The notes under the pieces are model-generated. The model saw only the letters and a list, made by a program, of their open reading frames with translations, was not told the DNA's origin and made no database searches. A DNA stretch of 37,446 bases from Candidatus Undinarchaeales archaeon. GTDB taxonomy: Archaea; SpSt-1190; JASMDC01. The stretch lies in assembly GCA_030753015.1 (NCBI GenBank), contig JASMDC010000033.1, positions 1-37,446 on the forward strand. Reading direction: 5' to 3'. Made by a program: the position numbers and the translations under genes. Below are positions 1 through 9,222 of this stretch, in pieces (the first letter of the stretch is position 1; every line of letters starts with the position of its first letter).

Positions 1-383
1 TAATTATTTCACATCTCAATCGACCGCTATTGGCAGGCCAGATGGCTCTGGCCCCAACCGATTCTTGACGCTATGGCTACACGGGGTCTAACTGATTACT
101 ATATCATTTAGAATCGCTCAACGACCTGGATGGAGATAGATGATTCGATCCTGGAAGGTGGAAAGGGCGCCGTATAACTTCCATTATTGCGGCGTGGGGT
201 GATCGGGGTAATTCGGACTCACAAATGGAGGTCAATTCAGACTAGAGGGGCGATAACTTATGTGTGCCTCTTACAGTTATCTGGAGGAAAAAGCGACGCC
301 GCATAACCCACTGTTATGTGCAGTGTCCCACGGCTTTTTGTATTCGATGTAGAACTTGAGGGAAACAGGAAACCTTTTGAAGC

Positions 384-968
384 TTGCAAACAGTTCCCGA
401 TACCACGGCGGACACATTGACCAAGATCGAGATCACTGTAGAAAACATCGTCGCATCCATCAATCTCCACTGCAAGATTCCCCTCGAAAGGTTGGCGGCG
501 GGACTCGACAACGCCGAGTACAACCCCGAGCAGTTCCCCGGTCTAGTCCTGCGCTTGACGAATCCGAAGACGGCGAGCCTGCTCTTTACCACGGGTAAAG
601 TGGTGTGCACGGGTGGAAAAAGTATTGATGACGTGCAAGCGGCGGTCGGGAAGATAAAGGAGTGCCTCGTGGGCTTCAATGTCGAGTTTCAAGGCGAGCC
701 CGATGTCGAGGTCGTGAATCTGGTGGCTTCCGTGAAGACGGACCTCGAGCTCAACTTGGACAGGCTCGCATACAAGATGGAAGGGGTGGAGTATGAGCCA
801 GAGCAGTTCCCTGGAATGGTATTCCGGACGTTGAAGCCCAAGGCGGCCATCCTCATATTCAGCACAGGCCGGTTCGTGGTGGCGGGAACGAGAAACATAG
901 AGGATGTGCAGGAAGTATTTGATATGTTACTGAAAAAACTGCGGGATATAGGCGAAATAAATCCATAA
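384..968 (+). CDS. tbp: TATA-box-binding protein
   Basis: Two TBP repeats: ENIVAS...YNPEQFPGLV...LLFTTGKVVCTG and VVNLVAS...YEPEQFPGMV...LIFSTGRFVVAG. All four intercalating Phe are present. TTG start, with an in-frame TGA at 378-380. Confidence 0.97.
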   Translation: MQTVPDTTADTLTKIEITVENIVASINLHCKIPLERLAAGLDNAEYNPEQFPGLVLRLTNPKTASLLFTTGKVVCTGGKSIDDVQAAVGKIKECLVGFNVEFQGEPDVEVVNLVASVKTDLELNLDRLAYKMEGVEYEPEQFPGMVFRTLKPKAAILIFSTGRFVVAGTRNIEDVQEVFDMLLKKLRDIGEINP

Positions 969-999
969 ATGAAGATTCATCCCTTATACGTCAAAACAA

Positions 1000-1357
1000 C
1001 CCATCGTCGGCACCCTTTATGATACAAAATTGGCTAATTAATTCACATCGCCTCAGTACAACGTTTACTTGATTACTGCGTCTATTTATCCACAGAATTA
1101 ACGAATTTGTACAGTTATGTTATAATTATGTGTCACAAAATATATTCACGTAAAGAGAATCAACGCCTTCCATTAACGCAGTCTAGCGTTTTTCGATTCC
1201 TAATAGAGTCGGGTTCAGTTCGAGACACTCCGAATAATTAGGTTCACCCAATATCTTCGTCGTGTTATTTTAACCGTTTACAATGTACCGAAAGCTGAAC
1301 GGGGGGTCGATTAGAAAAAACACTGTTTGTTGTAATTTAAAGGGTGCCGACGATGGG
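1000..1357. mobile_element. MITE-like non-autonomous element with IS1634-like ends
   Basis: Perfect 21-bp inverted repeat ACCCATCGTCGGCACCCTTTA (999-1019) / TAAAGGGTGCCGACGATGGGT (1338-1358). AT-rich interior with no ORF in the track. Ends match the neighbouring IS TIR at 10/13 nt. No TSD visible. Confidence 0.7.
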
Positions 1358-1576
1358 TAGTAAGATTATCAGTGAGATTGTAGCGTCGGTCCCGACATAT
1401 TATGCTTGCGCAAATCCAACCCGCAGCACCTGTATGGTGGGACTTATCGATGCTATGAGCTAAACCGCTATTATAATTATACATCTCGTTATCATTGTAA
1501 ATAGGTATAACGAGGTTATCCTTTTTTCTAAAATGCTGGAATCCAACTTGGCTTGGTGTTTATTAAAGATATATAA

Positions 1577-3625
1577 CCCATGTTCGTCAGTTTCCCCTGT
1601 GAATTTCGCATTCTCCAATCATAGATAAGTCTCCATTGGTGTTCCCTGTCACGTTTTTCCTGCAAAGGATGAACTGAATTGCACCAAAAACTAAGAACAG
1701 ACTTATAGAGTATAAAGTATTTAAGTACTACGTTTATTACATAATATTAGGTACAGACCATGCATTTGCTATCACACACGCGGAAGAAGAGCAGCAAGAC
1801 CTACACCTATTACAGCCTCGCAGAGTCCTACTGGGAGGACAAGAAGAACAAGAAGAGGGTGCTGTGCTACCTGGGAAGGCTCACACCACTCCAGGCCCAG
1901 AAAATACGAAATGCGCTAAGGGTCACCCGATCGCTGGACACATTCGTTGCGAGCTTTGATGACATCCTCTTCGACGACCACTGGAGCTACCTGGATGTCG
2001 CCTTCCTCAACCACCTCTGGGACGATTGGGGCCTCTCGGATGTGTTCCCGTCGCCCGAGGAAACGAGCCACACGAGGAAGAAGGACATCTCGACCGCCGA
2101 CATCGCAAAGGCCCTGACCTTCTACCGGTGCCTGGAGCCGGGGAGCTACCTCTCCTCGGCAGAGTGGTTCGAGGGGACGGCATGCGATCACATCCTCGGC
2201 ATAGACGGCTCGCACTTCAACGACTCCCGGGTGTACCGGGAGCTGACCATGATAGACGCGCTCAAGGAGAAGCTGGAGAAGTATCTCTACACCACTCTGA
2301 GGGAGCGGGACGAGGAAGCCTTCAAGGTCATCTTCTATGACCTCTCCGACTCGTACTTCGAGGGCACCAAGTGCAAGCTCGCAAAGCCGGGGATCACCAA
2401 GGCCAACGGCTTCAAGAGCAAGAAGATCGTCCTCTCCCTCCTCCTCAACTCGAAGGGTTACCCCTTCTCGTGGGAGATCCTCGAGGACTACACCTCGGAT
2501 GTCAAGACGCTCACGGCCAACGCGGACCAATGGAAGGAGCGGTTCGATCTCCCAAAGATCATCTCGGTGTTCGATCGCGGGATGGTGTCCGACGAGAACC
2601 TCAAGCACCTGGAGGAGAGCGAGACCTACCTGTACATCACCGCCCTCGACAAGGACCAAGTCGCCGGGGTGCCCGGCATCGGCATTGATCGGTTCAAGGG
2701 TCTCACGGTAGATAACGTCGGGGAGAAGGTCGCCCGCTCACGGTTCCTCACCAGGTACGACGACCAAGCATACTACGAGGACCTTGGGAAGGCCGAAGGA
2801 TCGGTCAGGCGTCACATCCTGGTGTTCAACCCCGAGCTCTTCAAGGACCAGCGGGGGCTGCGCAAGGAGCTGATCCAGAAGGCGATCGACTACCTGAAGG
2901 AGGAAGGGGCTGCGCTGCTGAAGGCGAAGAAGAGCAGGCAGGAGAAGCCGACCGAGCAACGGATCGACCGCAAGCTCAAGAAATTGAGCGTGAAGCGCTT
3001 CATCGGCTACGAACTCAAGGAAATTGAGTTGGAGAGCGGGGTGCGGACCTTCGAGCTCAGATACTGGAAGAAGGGGGAGGCGATCGAGAAGGCCAGACTG
3101 ACCGACGGCCTCTGGGTACTCGTAACCAGCATAACCAAGGATACGCAACCGGAGGAGTTCAAGCTCGGGCCGAAGGAGATCATCAGGGCCTACCGCGACA
3201 AGAACCGCGTGGAGGAGGCGTTCAGGGAGCTGAAGTCGTTCATCAAGTTCAAGCCGACATTTGTCTACACGAGGGAGCATGTCCGCGCCCACTACACCAT
3301 CTGCGTCCTCTCTTACCTCTTGGACGTGACGGTCACCAACGGGCTGCGCGAGAGCCCGATAAAGGGTGTGGGGAGCGTGGGAAAGGCGTATCAGATCATG
3401 GGGAGGTGTGAGGTCGGAAAGGTGAGTGTAAGGGGCACGGATCTCAGCGGGAAAAAGCTCATGCCATTGAACAGCACACAGAGAGCCATCTTGAAATTGT
3501 TAAATTGCGAGTATCTAGGAGAGAAGGAGTACCTGAAACCTCTGGGGATCAATAGCATGTAGAACAGACCGGAAAAATCGATGGCCTTCCTGCTAACGGT
3601 TAGAATTCAATCTGACGAACATGGG
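1577..3625 (+). mobile_element. Complete IS1634-family insertion sequence (2049 bp)
   Basis: TIRs CCCATGTTCGTCAG (1577-1590) / CTGACGAACATGGG (3612-3625). 6-bp direct repeat ATATAA at 1571-1576 and 3626-3631. Single transposase ORF. Confidence 0.95.
1760..3562 (+). CDS. IS1634-family DDE transposase
   Basis: 600 aa. N-terminal YxYxSLAESY...YLG, DDE motifs YDLSDSYFEG / VFDRGMVS / VEEAFRELKS, C-terminal HVRAHYTICVLSY. Confidence 0.95.
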   Translation: MHLLSHTRKKSSKTYTYYSLAESYWEDKKNKKRVLCYLGRLTPLQAQKIRNALRVTRSLDTFVASFDDILFDDHWSYLDVAFLNHLWDDWGLSDVFPSPEETSHTRKKDISTADIAKALTFYRCLEPGSYLSSAEWFEGTACDHILGIDGSHFNDSRVYRELTMIDALKEKLEKYLYTTLRERDEEAFKVIFYDLSDSYFEGTKCKLAKPGITKANGFKSKKIVLSLLLNSKGYPFSWEILEDYTSDVKTLTANADQWKERFDLPKIISVFDRGMVSDENLKHLEESETYLYITALDKDQVAGVPGIGIDRFKGLTVDNVGEKVARSRFLTRYDDQAYYEDLGKAEGSVRRHILVFNPELFKDQRGLRKELIQKAIDYLKEEGAALLKAKKSRQEKPTEQRIDRKLKKLSVKRFIGYELKEIELESGVRTFELRYWKKGEAIEKARLTDGLWVLVTSITKDTQPEEFKLGPKEIIRAYRDKNRVEEAFRELKSFIKFKPTFVYTREHVRAHYTICVLSYLLDVTVTNGLRESPIKGVGSVGKAYQIMGRCEVGKVSVRGTDLSGKKLMPLNSTQRAILKLLNCEYLGEKEYLKPLGINSM

Positions 3626-3935
3626 ATATAATATAAAAATGAAAAGTAATAATTCAATAGAAAATAATCTGATTATCTCAGATGGTCTATACATATCACT
3701 CCATAAAGGGGACAAACCCCAAATGGAGTCATAGGTTAATAGATCTTCTATTGAAAAAAGGGTAAGGCTTAAACCGATAATTCCAATAATTATTCCCACA
3801 CAATTTATTATTGTGTGCATATTTTCACCTTCGGATCACCATATAGCCTCATAATTGTCTTGAGACTCTTCCTTACCATCCCTAATACTAGAAGGGTGAG
3901 ATACTAGAAAAAGGTTTCGCACTCTCACGGGCGTA

Positions 3936-4057
3936 TGTCGGACAACTAGTGCATATGCGACACTCCTATGTCGTATATCGTACGGTCTCACGGAGAGTAT
4001 CCGACACTGGTTTCGTATAAACTACCGTATGTGTGGTGATATCCGACATCGGATATC
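3936..4057. repeat. Cluster of seven TATCCGACA-like half-sites in alternating orientation, including palindrome GATATCCGA-CA-TCGGATATC (4038-4057)
   Basis: Copies at 3936 (rev, 8/9), 3954 (fwd, 8/9), 3969 (rev, 8/9), 3998 (fwd, 9/9), 4011 (rev, 7/9), 4040 (fwd, 9/9), 4047 (rev, 7/9). Confidence 0.7.
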
Positions 4058-4273
4058 TACCGGAGTTATTAACCACCTAGAACATATATGTCCCGAATGC
4101 AGCTCTCCTTCGCTAGCAAATAGTAGTTCTGGGCGAACGTCTTGACCATCGTTCTATTATTCCTCCCGGTGTTCAGTTATGAACTTGTCTGCAAGCCCGA
4201 CAGGGTAGGTACGGTCTATCACAGTCTCTTCGACAGATTGACGAATAGAATCATCACTCCGTGACGTCCGGAC

Positions 4274-5301
4274 TTACTCGCCGAACATACGGTCCAGGAC
4301 CGCGTAGTCGCCGTGTGCGAAGTGGGCGCCTAGGTAGGTGTCGGTGTCCGTGATGGCCTCGAGCCCTTTGACGAGGTCGTCCCGCTCTATCCCGATGGCC
4401 GAGAGGCCGGTGTAGTCGGTGGGGAGCCCCAGCCGGCCGTAGGCTTCCCGCAGGTCCTCGTAGAGGGACGTGTCGCCTGTCTCCTCACCCAGGAGCTTGC
4501 TGGCCACAAGGGTACCGGTGGCAACCAGCTCGCCGTGGGTGGGCTTGTGAGCGGCGCCGCGGTAACGGTCGTTCTGGGCCATCATCTGGTAATAGAGCTT
4601 GTGCTCGCCGCCGACGCCGATGGCTGCGGCGCCCCCCACGATGACCCCAACGGAGTAGTTGTGGGCGTAGGTGGCCAGCTGTCGCATGCATTCCTCATCG
4701 TACCCGTTGAACCCGTCGCACACCCACTCCACTGCCTCGAAGTTCTCGGGGGCGTTGCTGCGGACGGCGTCCATGGAGAGGTCGCCGGCACGGTACTGGA
4801 CGTCGATAGAGGCACTGATGCTGGCGAAGTAGTCGCCGAACCCGGAGCGGGAGAGCCGGTCGAGGATCGCGTGATCGGTCCCGAGCATGTCTGTGAGGCT
4901 CACGATGACCGTGACGGAGCCATGGTACGCTCGGCCCGGTCCTCGCCGCCGTAGTTGAGGATGCTCTTGTCGACGCTGATGCCGGATGTCGCTATGCTCG
5001 CCGGGATGACGACCAGCTCCTTGCCCACCGCCACCGCCCGGGCCACGTCGAGGGCCGTGCAGCCGCCGTAGGCGAGCACCTTTGAGTACTGGTACTCCTC
5101 GCGTATCTCCTCGACACGGTCGGCGGAGTTGTTGTCCACCATCACCGCCTGGCCGAACTCGCTGACGAGGGGGTAGCCGTGGGACCCCGTCACGATGAGG
5201 GTGTCCTCGTCGACGTTCTCCAGCATCAGGTCGACCAGGTCGCTGTCCGTGAACTCTAGGGTGGGCAGCGGTCGCGCACCATCGTCGGTATCGGCGTCCA
5301 T
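4274..5301 (-). pseudogene. Divergent glycerol-1-phosphate dehydrogenase (EgsA/AraM)-like gene, split into two frames at ~4909 (5301-4900 and 4903-4274)
   Basis: N-part has YGGCTALDVAR and IPASIATSGI. C-part has SGFGD, GEHKLY and THGELV. One extra G at 4909-4910 gives APSR-VIVSL and a 342-aa product. TATA at 5327-5333 (minus strand). Confidence 0.7.
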
Positions 5302-5483
5302 TCGCTCAGGCCGGCCGCGGGTCCGGATATAAACGTTCTCTTGGGGCGTATCGCTGCCGTAGCTGGTCTCCAGAGCTAGGATACGGTTTGTCCTGCACAT
5401 CATGGGCGCCCCTCCGCGCGGTGGCATCGGCAGGGGAAACCTATCTAAAGCTCTCGGTCCATATCTGGTCGGGGATCGAAGGT

Positions 5484-5981
5484 ATGGACATAACCGAGGA
5501 TACCAACGAGCGGTTAGTGCTCACGTCCGACCCGTGGATGAACGTCGTCGGTGTAGCAACGCTCCTTGCGGGCCTCGTCCTCGCGATCATGGGCTACCAG
5601 ATCTTAACGGATCCGGACGCCACCTTCAACGATTACCCGCTGGTCCTCATCGGTATAATTCTGCCTATCGCCGGACTCTTCATGAGCGTCCACCACGAGC
5701 GTATCGAGGTAGACATGGCGTCCAGGCAGCTTACCAAGCGCACGCGCGACGTAACAGGCACCGTGGTCGTTGAGGTCCCGCTCTCCATGGTGAGCCACGT
5801 CAACATCTGGCCCACCCGCATCGAGAGCGGCAACTCGGCAGAGACCGCCTATCGCGTCGTCATAGGGGCGCCCGAGGGCGATGTCGTGCTGCTCGAGGAC
5901 GCCGCGCGCCCCACGGTCGAGAAGCTCGCCGCCCGCTTCGAGGCTGCCACGGACCTCAAAGTGGACTGGTCGCCCCGTTAA
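5484..5981 (+). CDS. Hypothetical membrane protein (2 TM helices + beta-rich C-terminal domain)
   Basis: 165 aa from ATG 5484, two hydrophobic segments, GC3-biased codons. Confidence 0.75.
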   Translation: MDITEDTNERLVLTSDPWMNVVGVATLLAGLVLAIMGYQILTDPDATFNDYPLVLIGIILPIAGLFMSVHHERIEVDMASRQLTKRTRDVTGTVVVEVPLSMVSHVNIWPTRIESGNSAETAYRVVIGAPEGDVVLLEDAARPTVEKLAARFEAATDLKVDWSPR

Positions 5982-6033
5982 TGGGCATCCTTCATCTTGT
6001 TATCACTTAAAAATAGTAACATTATCCGTAAAC

Positions 6034-6041
6034 TTTATATA
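6034..6041 (+). promoter_or_regulatory. Archaeal TATA box for the DHH gene pair (probably leaderless mRNA)
   Basis: TTTATATA preceded by A-rich BRE-like sequence, 23 nt before ATG 6065. Similar boxes at 8022, 12801, 23201, 27325 (+) and 5327, 11301 (-). Confidence 0.7.
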
Positions 6042-6064
6042 CTCGGAATGTCTACTATACACCA

Positions 6065-7003
6065 ATGGGGGCCGGTCGTAAGGCTGCAGTTTTCGCTCAC
6101 GCCCAGGACATGGACGGCGTGGCATCGGCCGCCATCATGAGCCGCTACCTCGAATCCCAGGGCAAGGAGGTGGAGGTCGACTTCATCAACTACGGCACCA
6201 TACAGAAGGACGTCGAGCGGATGAAGGAGCTTGCGGACACCGACATCTACGTCCTCGACTTCCATTTCGACGACCTCGACACGTTCAAGGACCTGGACGA
6301 GGTGCTCGAGCGCGGTAACAAGGTCGCCTACTGGGGCGATCATCACCCCCTATCACCTGAGCTGAAGACCGCTCACGAGCAATACGCGGCAATCACCGAC
6401 CTCTTCTCCCCTAGTGACAGATGCGCAGCTGAGATCGCCAAGGACCGGTACGCCCCCACCGATCCGATATCGCAGAAGCTGGCGCAGTACGCTCACGACC
6501 AGGACTTCTACGACAAGGAGATCGACACGGCCAACAAGATGTCCGACCTCATCTCCTCCAACTACGACAAGCAGAAGCTCGTCAGCATGATGAAGCAAGG
6601 AGAGACCTGGAACGACGAGCTCGAAGAGTCGTGGCAGAAGTACGACAACAAGCGGCAAGAGGGATACCGCAACATGGACGAGAAGGCGAAGGTGTTCACC
6701 TACGGTGATCTGAAGTGCGCCGTATCGCTTAAAGAGCCCTACCTCTCCGGGTCCGACGCGGGACACCACCTTCTGGAGAAATACAATACCGACATGATAG
6801 CGGTCATGTCCCCCAGCGGCGTCATGTCGTTCCGCCGGGCGGACGACTGCGAGGTGGACCTGGGCGAGATCGCGCAGATGTTCAACGGCGGTGGACATGC
6901 CTACGCGGCCGGTGCCAAGCTCGACCACAAGGTAAAGACCGACGAGGACTATACTCGGGCCCTCGAGACCATCGACGGGAGGCTGACCGAGTACTTCGGG
7001 TGA
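6065..7003 (+). CDS. DHH/DHHA1 family phosphoesterase (NanoRNase-like), paralog 1
   Basis: HAQDMDG, YVLD, WGDHH, GGGHAYAAG motifs. Confidence 0.92.
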   Translation: MGAGRKAAVFAHAQDMDGVASAAIMSRYLESQGKEVEVDFINYGTIQKDVERMKELADTDIYVLDFHFDDLDTFKDLDEVLERGNKVAYWGDHHPLSPELKTAHEQYAAITDLFSPSDRCAAEIAKDRYAPTDPISQKLAQYAHDQDFYDKEIDTANKMSDLISSNYDKQKLVSMMKQGETWNDELEESWQKYDNKRQEGYRNMDEKAKVFTYGDLKCAVSLKEPYLSGSDAGHHLLEKYNTDMIAVMSPSGVMSFRRADDCEVDLGEIAQMFNGGGHAYAAGAKLDHKVKTDEDYTRALETIDGRLTEYFG

Positions 7004-7007
7004 TGCC

Positions 7008-7967
7008 ATGGCTCTGATACCCGATGACGAGCGGACGGCGGCGGTGTTCACACACTCCCGAGACCTCGACGGCATCGCTTCTGCGGCCATCCTCGCCCGA
7101 TACCTCGAGGGACAGGGCAGGGACGTCACGGTCGACTTCATCGACTACACCACCCAGGACGAGGACCTGGAGCGGATGAGAACACTGAGCGAGACGGACA
7201 TCTACATCGCCGACTTCGCGTTCGACGAGGCCGAGCAGTACGAGGTCTTCGACGAGATCATAGTAAAGGGCAACCGTGTCGCCTACTGGAACGACCACCA
7301 CCCCCACAAGGACGGTGTCGATGAGGCCATCAGACGCTATGCCGAGATCGCCGACCTGCAAGGCCCGCTTCCCTACTGCAGTGCCGAGATAGCCCAGCAG
7401 CGCTACCTGCCCAACGACGCCGTCGCCCGCAAGCTTGCTGAGCTGGCACATGACAACGACTTCTGGGAGCGCAACGACGAGAACGCCAACAAGCTCGCCG
7501 ATATAATCGCCTCCGGCTACGACAAGGACAAGCTCGTCGGCCACCTCAAGCGGGGCGAGACCTGGAATCCCGAGCTGGAGCAGGCGTGGAAGGCCTACGA
7601 CACCGAGCGGAACGAGGCGTACGACCGGCTCGACGAGAGGGCCGAGGTCACACAGTACGGCTTGACCTCGTGCGTGATCTCTCTTGCCGACGACATGCTC
7701 GCCACGTCCGATGCCGGTGACCACCTCATCAACAAATGCGATACCGAGATGTCCGTCACCCTCTACCGCGACGGCCGGATGGCCTTCCGCCGGGCCGAGG
7801 GTGGGGAAGTGAACCTCACAGAGGTCGCGCAGCTCTTCGGTGGGGGCGGCCACCCGTACGCGTCGGGCGCCCATTACGGTGAGGATATCCCGGACGATGC
7901 TGCCTACGCGAACGCCTGCGACATCGTGGACACGAAGCTCTCCGAGTACTTCGCGTACGGTCTCTAG
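7008..7967 (+). CDS. DHH/DHHA1 family phosphoesterase (NanoRNase-like), paralog 2
   Basis: HSRDLDG, YIAD, WNDHH, GGGHPYASG motifs. Colinear with paralog 1. Confidence 0.92.
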   Translation: MALIPDDERTAAVFTHSRDLDGIASAAILARYLEGQGRDVTVDFIDYTTQDEDLERMRTLSETDIYIADFAFDEAEQYEVFDEIIVKGNRVAYWNDHHPHKDGVDEAIRRYAEIADLQGPLPYCSAEIAQQRYLPNDAVARKLAELAHDNDFWERNDENANKLADIIASGYDKDKLVGHLKRGETWNPELEQAWKAYDTERNEAYDRLDERAEVTQYGLTSCVISLADDMLATSDAGDHLINKCDTEMSVTLYRDGRMAFRRAEGGEVNLTEVAQLFGGGGHPYASGAHYGEDIPDDAAYANACDIVDTKLSEYFAYGL

Positions 7968-8054
7968 ACGTGATCGCTCAGGGTACTGACCTCAATTTCG
8001 CACCTTCGGGAAAAGCAAAGCTTATATACCGCCTGTCGAGCTTTTGGTATCACG

Positions 8055-8957
8055 GTGCCTGAAATGCTCTACGATTCGCCACATATCACGGTGGAAACTA
8101 CCTACGTCCCTCCCGGTGAGCGGGACGGGCTGGAGGACGGTGGCCCCATGACGCTGGACGGCTTCTGCTCCCAGCTGGCGGACACCTACCGGACCGAGGA
8201 CCGTGTGGCCGACGCGGCGTACGCCCTGACGGCCTGCATGACCGGCGACCGGCTCACGGCAACCGATCCGACATCACACCGGGACAGCATGGTGCTCGGG
8301 CTGCGCAACAGCGCCAAGAAGCTCGACGACACCGAGTTCCGCACCTTCCTCAACGGCTACATGGACAAGCTCGGGGTAAAGGACCGGCGCGAGTTCCTCA
8401 ACTCCTACAAGTTTGGGGACATCCTCGATGACGCTGCCGGCGACGAGGGCTCCGGCGTATCGTACATGGCCGCCGCCCAGCTGTGCATGGCCGCGGAGAA
8501 GGACGAAGCGCTACGCGGAACCCTGTACGACATGCGGCTTTCCACGGACACCGAGAAGAACATCAGGTTCAAGACCCTGCTGGGCCGGGGGCTTGCGCAG
8601 GCGGGCACGCTCTACGGCTCCGAGGACGCGCCCATGGTCGACAACGAGGCCACAGCATACCTGGGCCTGATCGAGGACATAGCCTCCTTCGATCCGGAGC
8701 GGATCGATGAGTACAAGGCCACAGTGGACGAGCTGCTGGGCGAGGGACACGAGGCACGCAACGTCTACCGCATCGATAACCGCATGGCCGTGGCACGCGA
8801 GGTCACCGGGTTCGTGCGCGAGCTGGCGGCGGAGATGGGTGACGAGGAGCGGGCGGCCACTGAGGCGGCACTGCTCACTGCAGTGGACCACCTGTTCGTC
8901 GACCTGGCGGATAAGGATCCCATCAAGGCCTACGCCCTCAGGCGCGAGCTAATCTGA
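8055..8957 (+). CDS. Hypothetical acidic, predicted helical protein
   Basis: 300-aa ORF with strong GC3 bias and TATA at 8022-8028. No motif recognised. Start could be GTG 8055 or the next ATG. Confidence 0.8.
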   Translation: MPEMLYDSPHITVETTYVPPGERDGLEDGGPMTLDGFCSQLADTYRTEDRVADAAYALTACMTGDRLTATDPTSHRDSMVLGLRNSAKKLDDTEFRTFLNGYMDKLGVKDRREFLNSYKFGDILDDAAGDEGSGVSYMAAAQLCMAAEKDEALRGTLYDMRLSTDTEKNIRFKTLLGRGLAQAGTLYGSEDAPMVDNEATAYLGLIEDIASFDPERIDEYKATVDELLGEGHEARNVYRIDNRMAVAREVTGFVRELAAEMGDEERAATEAALLTAVDHLFVDLADKDPIKAYALRRELI

Positions 8958-8973
8958 TCGAGCGAGGACCGGC

Positions 8974-9144
8974 TCACACCGATATCGGTGCGTCATCGAA
9001 GTTCATCAATGCGTGCGTCATGGCGTACGCCATGAAACAGGTCTTGCATACCTGGATGTCCCTGACACCTGTCGGAAGCTCTACGGACATGACGGCGATA
9101 TCGTCCGTCTGGATCCCGCACTCATCGCAAGACGCGTCGGTCAT
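8974..9144 (-). CDS. Small zinc-finger-like protein (56 aa)
   Basis: CDEC...CKTC pair. TTTAAA box on the minus strand about 26 nt upstream of ATG 9144. Confidence 0.6.
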   Translation of the reverse strand: MTDASCDECGIQTDDIAVMSVELPTGVRDIQVCKTCFMAYAMTHALMNFDDAPISV

Positions 9145-9222
9145 ATTCGAAATGGGTGCAATCATCGTTTTTAAAGGGTTGTTTACTCCGACGAGTATAT
9201 CTTAAAGCCTGTGTTCGACGTG

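Larger units (their letters stand above)
1460..3820 (-). pseudogene. Small AT-rich membrane-protein gene interrupted by the IS1634 element
   Basis: ATG at 3820 with GGTGA RBS. The frame runs into the IS right end after FIFILY. Removing the IS and one TSD copy continues in frame (IFNKHQAKLDSSILEKRITSLYLFTMITRCIIIIAV) to TAG at 1460-1462, giving 101 aa. Confidence 0.7.

Noticed and set aside
1-380. Possible gene or RNA upstream of tbp
   Set aside because: The plus frames I read are interrupted by stops, the track ORFs show no motifs, and no convincing structure was seen.
1338-1462. Pyrrolysine-type read-through of the TAG at 1460-1462
   Set aside because: The same frame hits TAA about 20 codons later and then runs into the MITE end, which looks like decay or chance. 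No pyl genes are in the window.
3936-4057. Mini-CRISPR array
   Set aside because: The units are only 9 nt, alternate in orientation and are irregularly spaced. No cas genes or CRISPR-like repeats were seen in the window.
4070-4265. Minus-strand protein-like fragments (SDDSIRQSVEE..., MVKTFAQNYY...)
   Set aside because: They are short, interrupted by stops, lie in different frames and cannot be identified without a search.
4895-4925. Programmed -1 frameshift joining the EgsA-like halves
   Set aside because: No X-XXY-YYZ slippery heptamer at the junction. An indel or coupled split gene is simpler.
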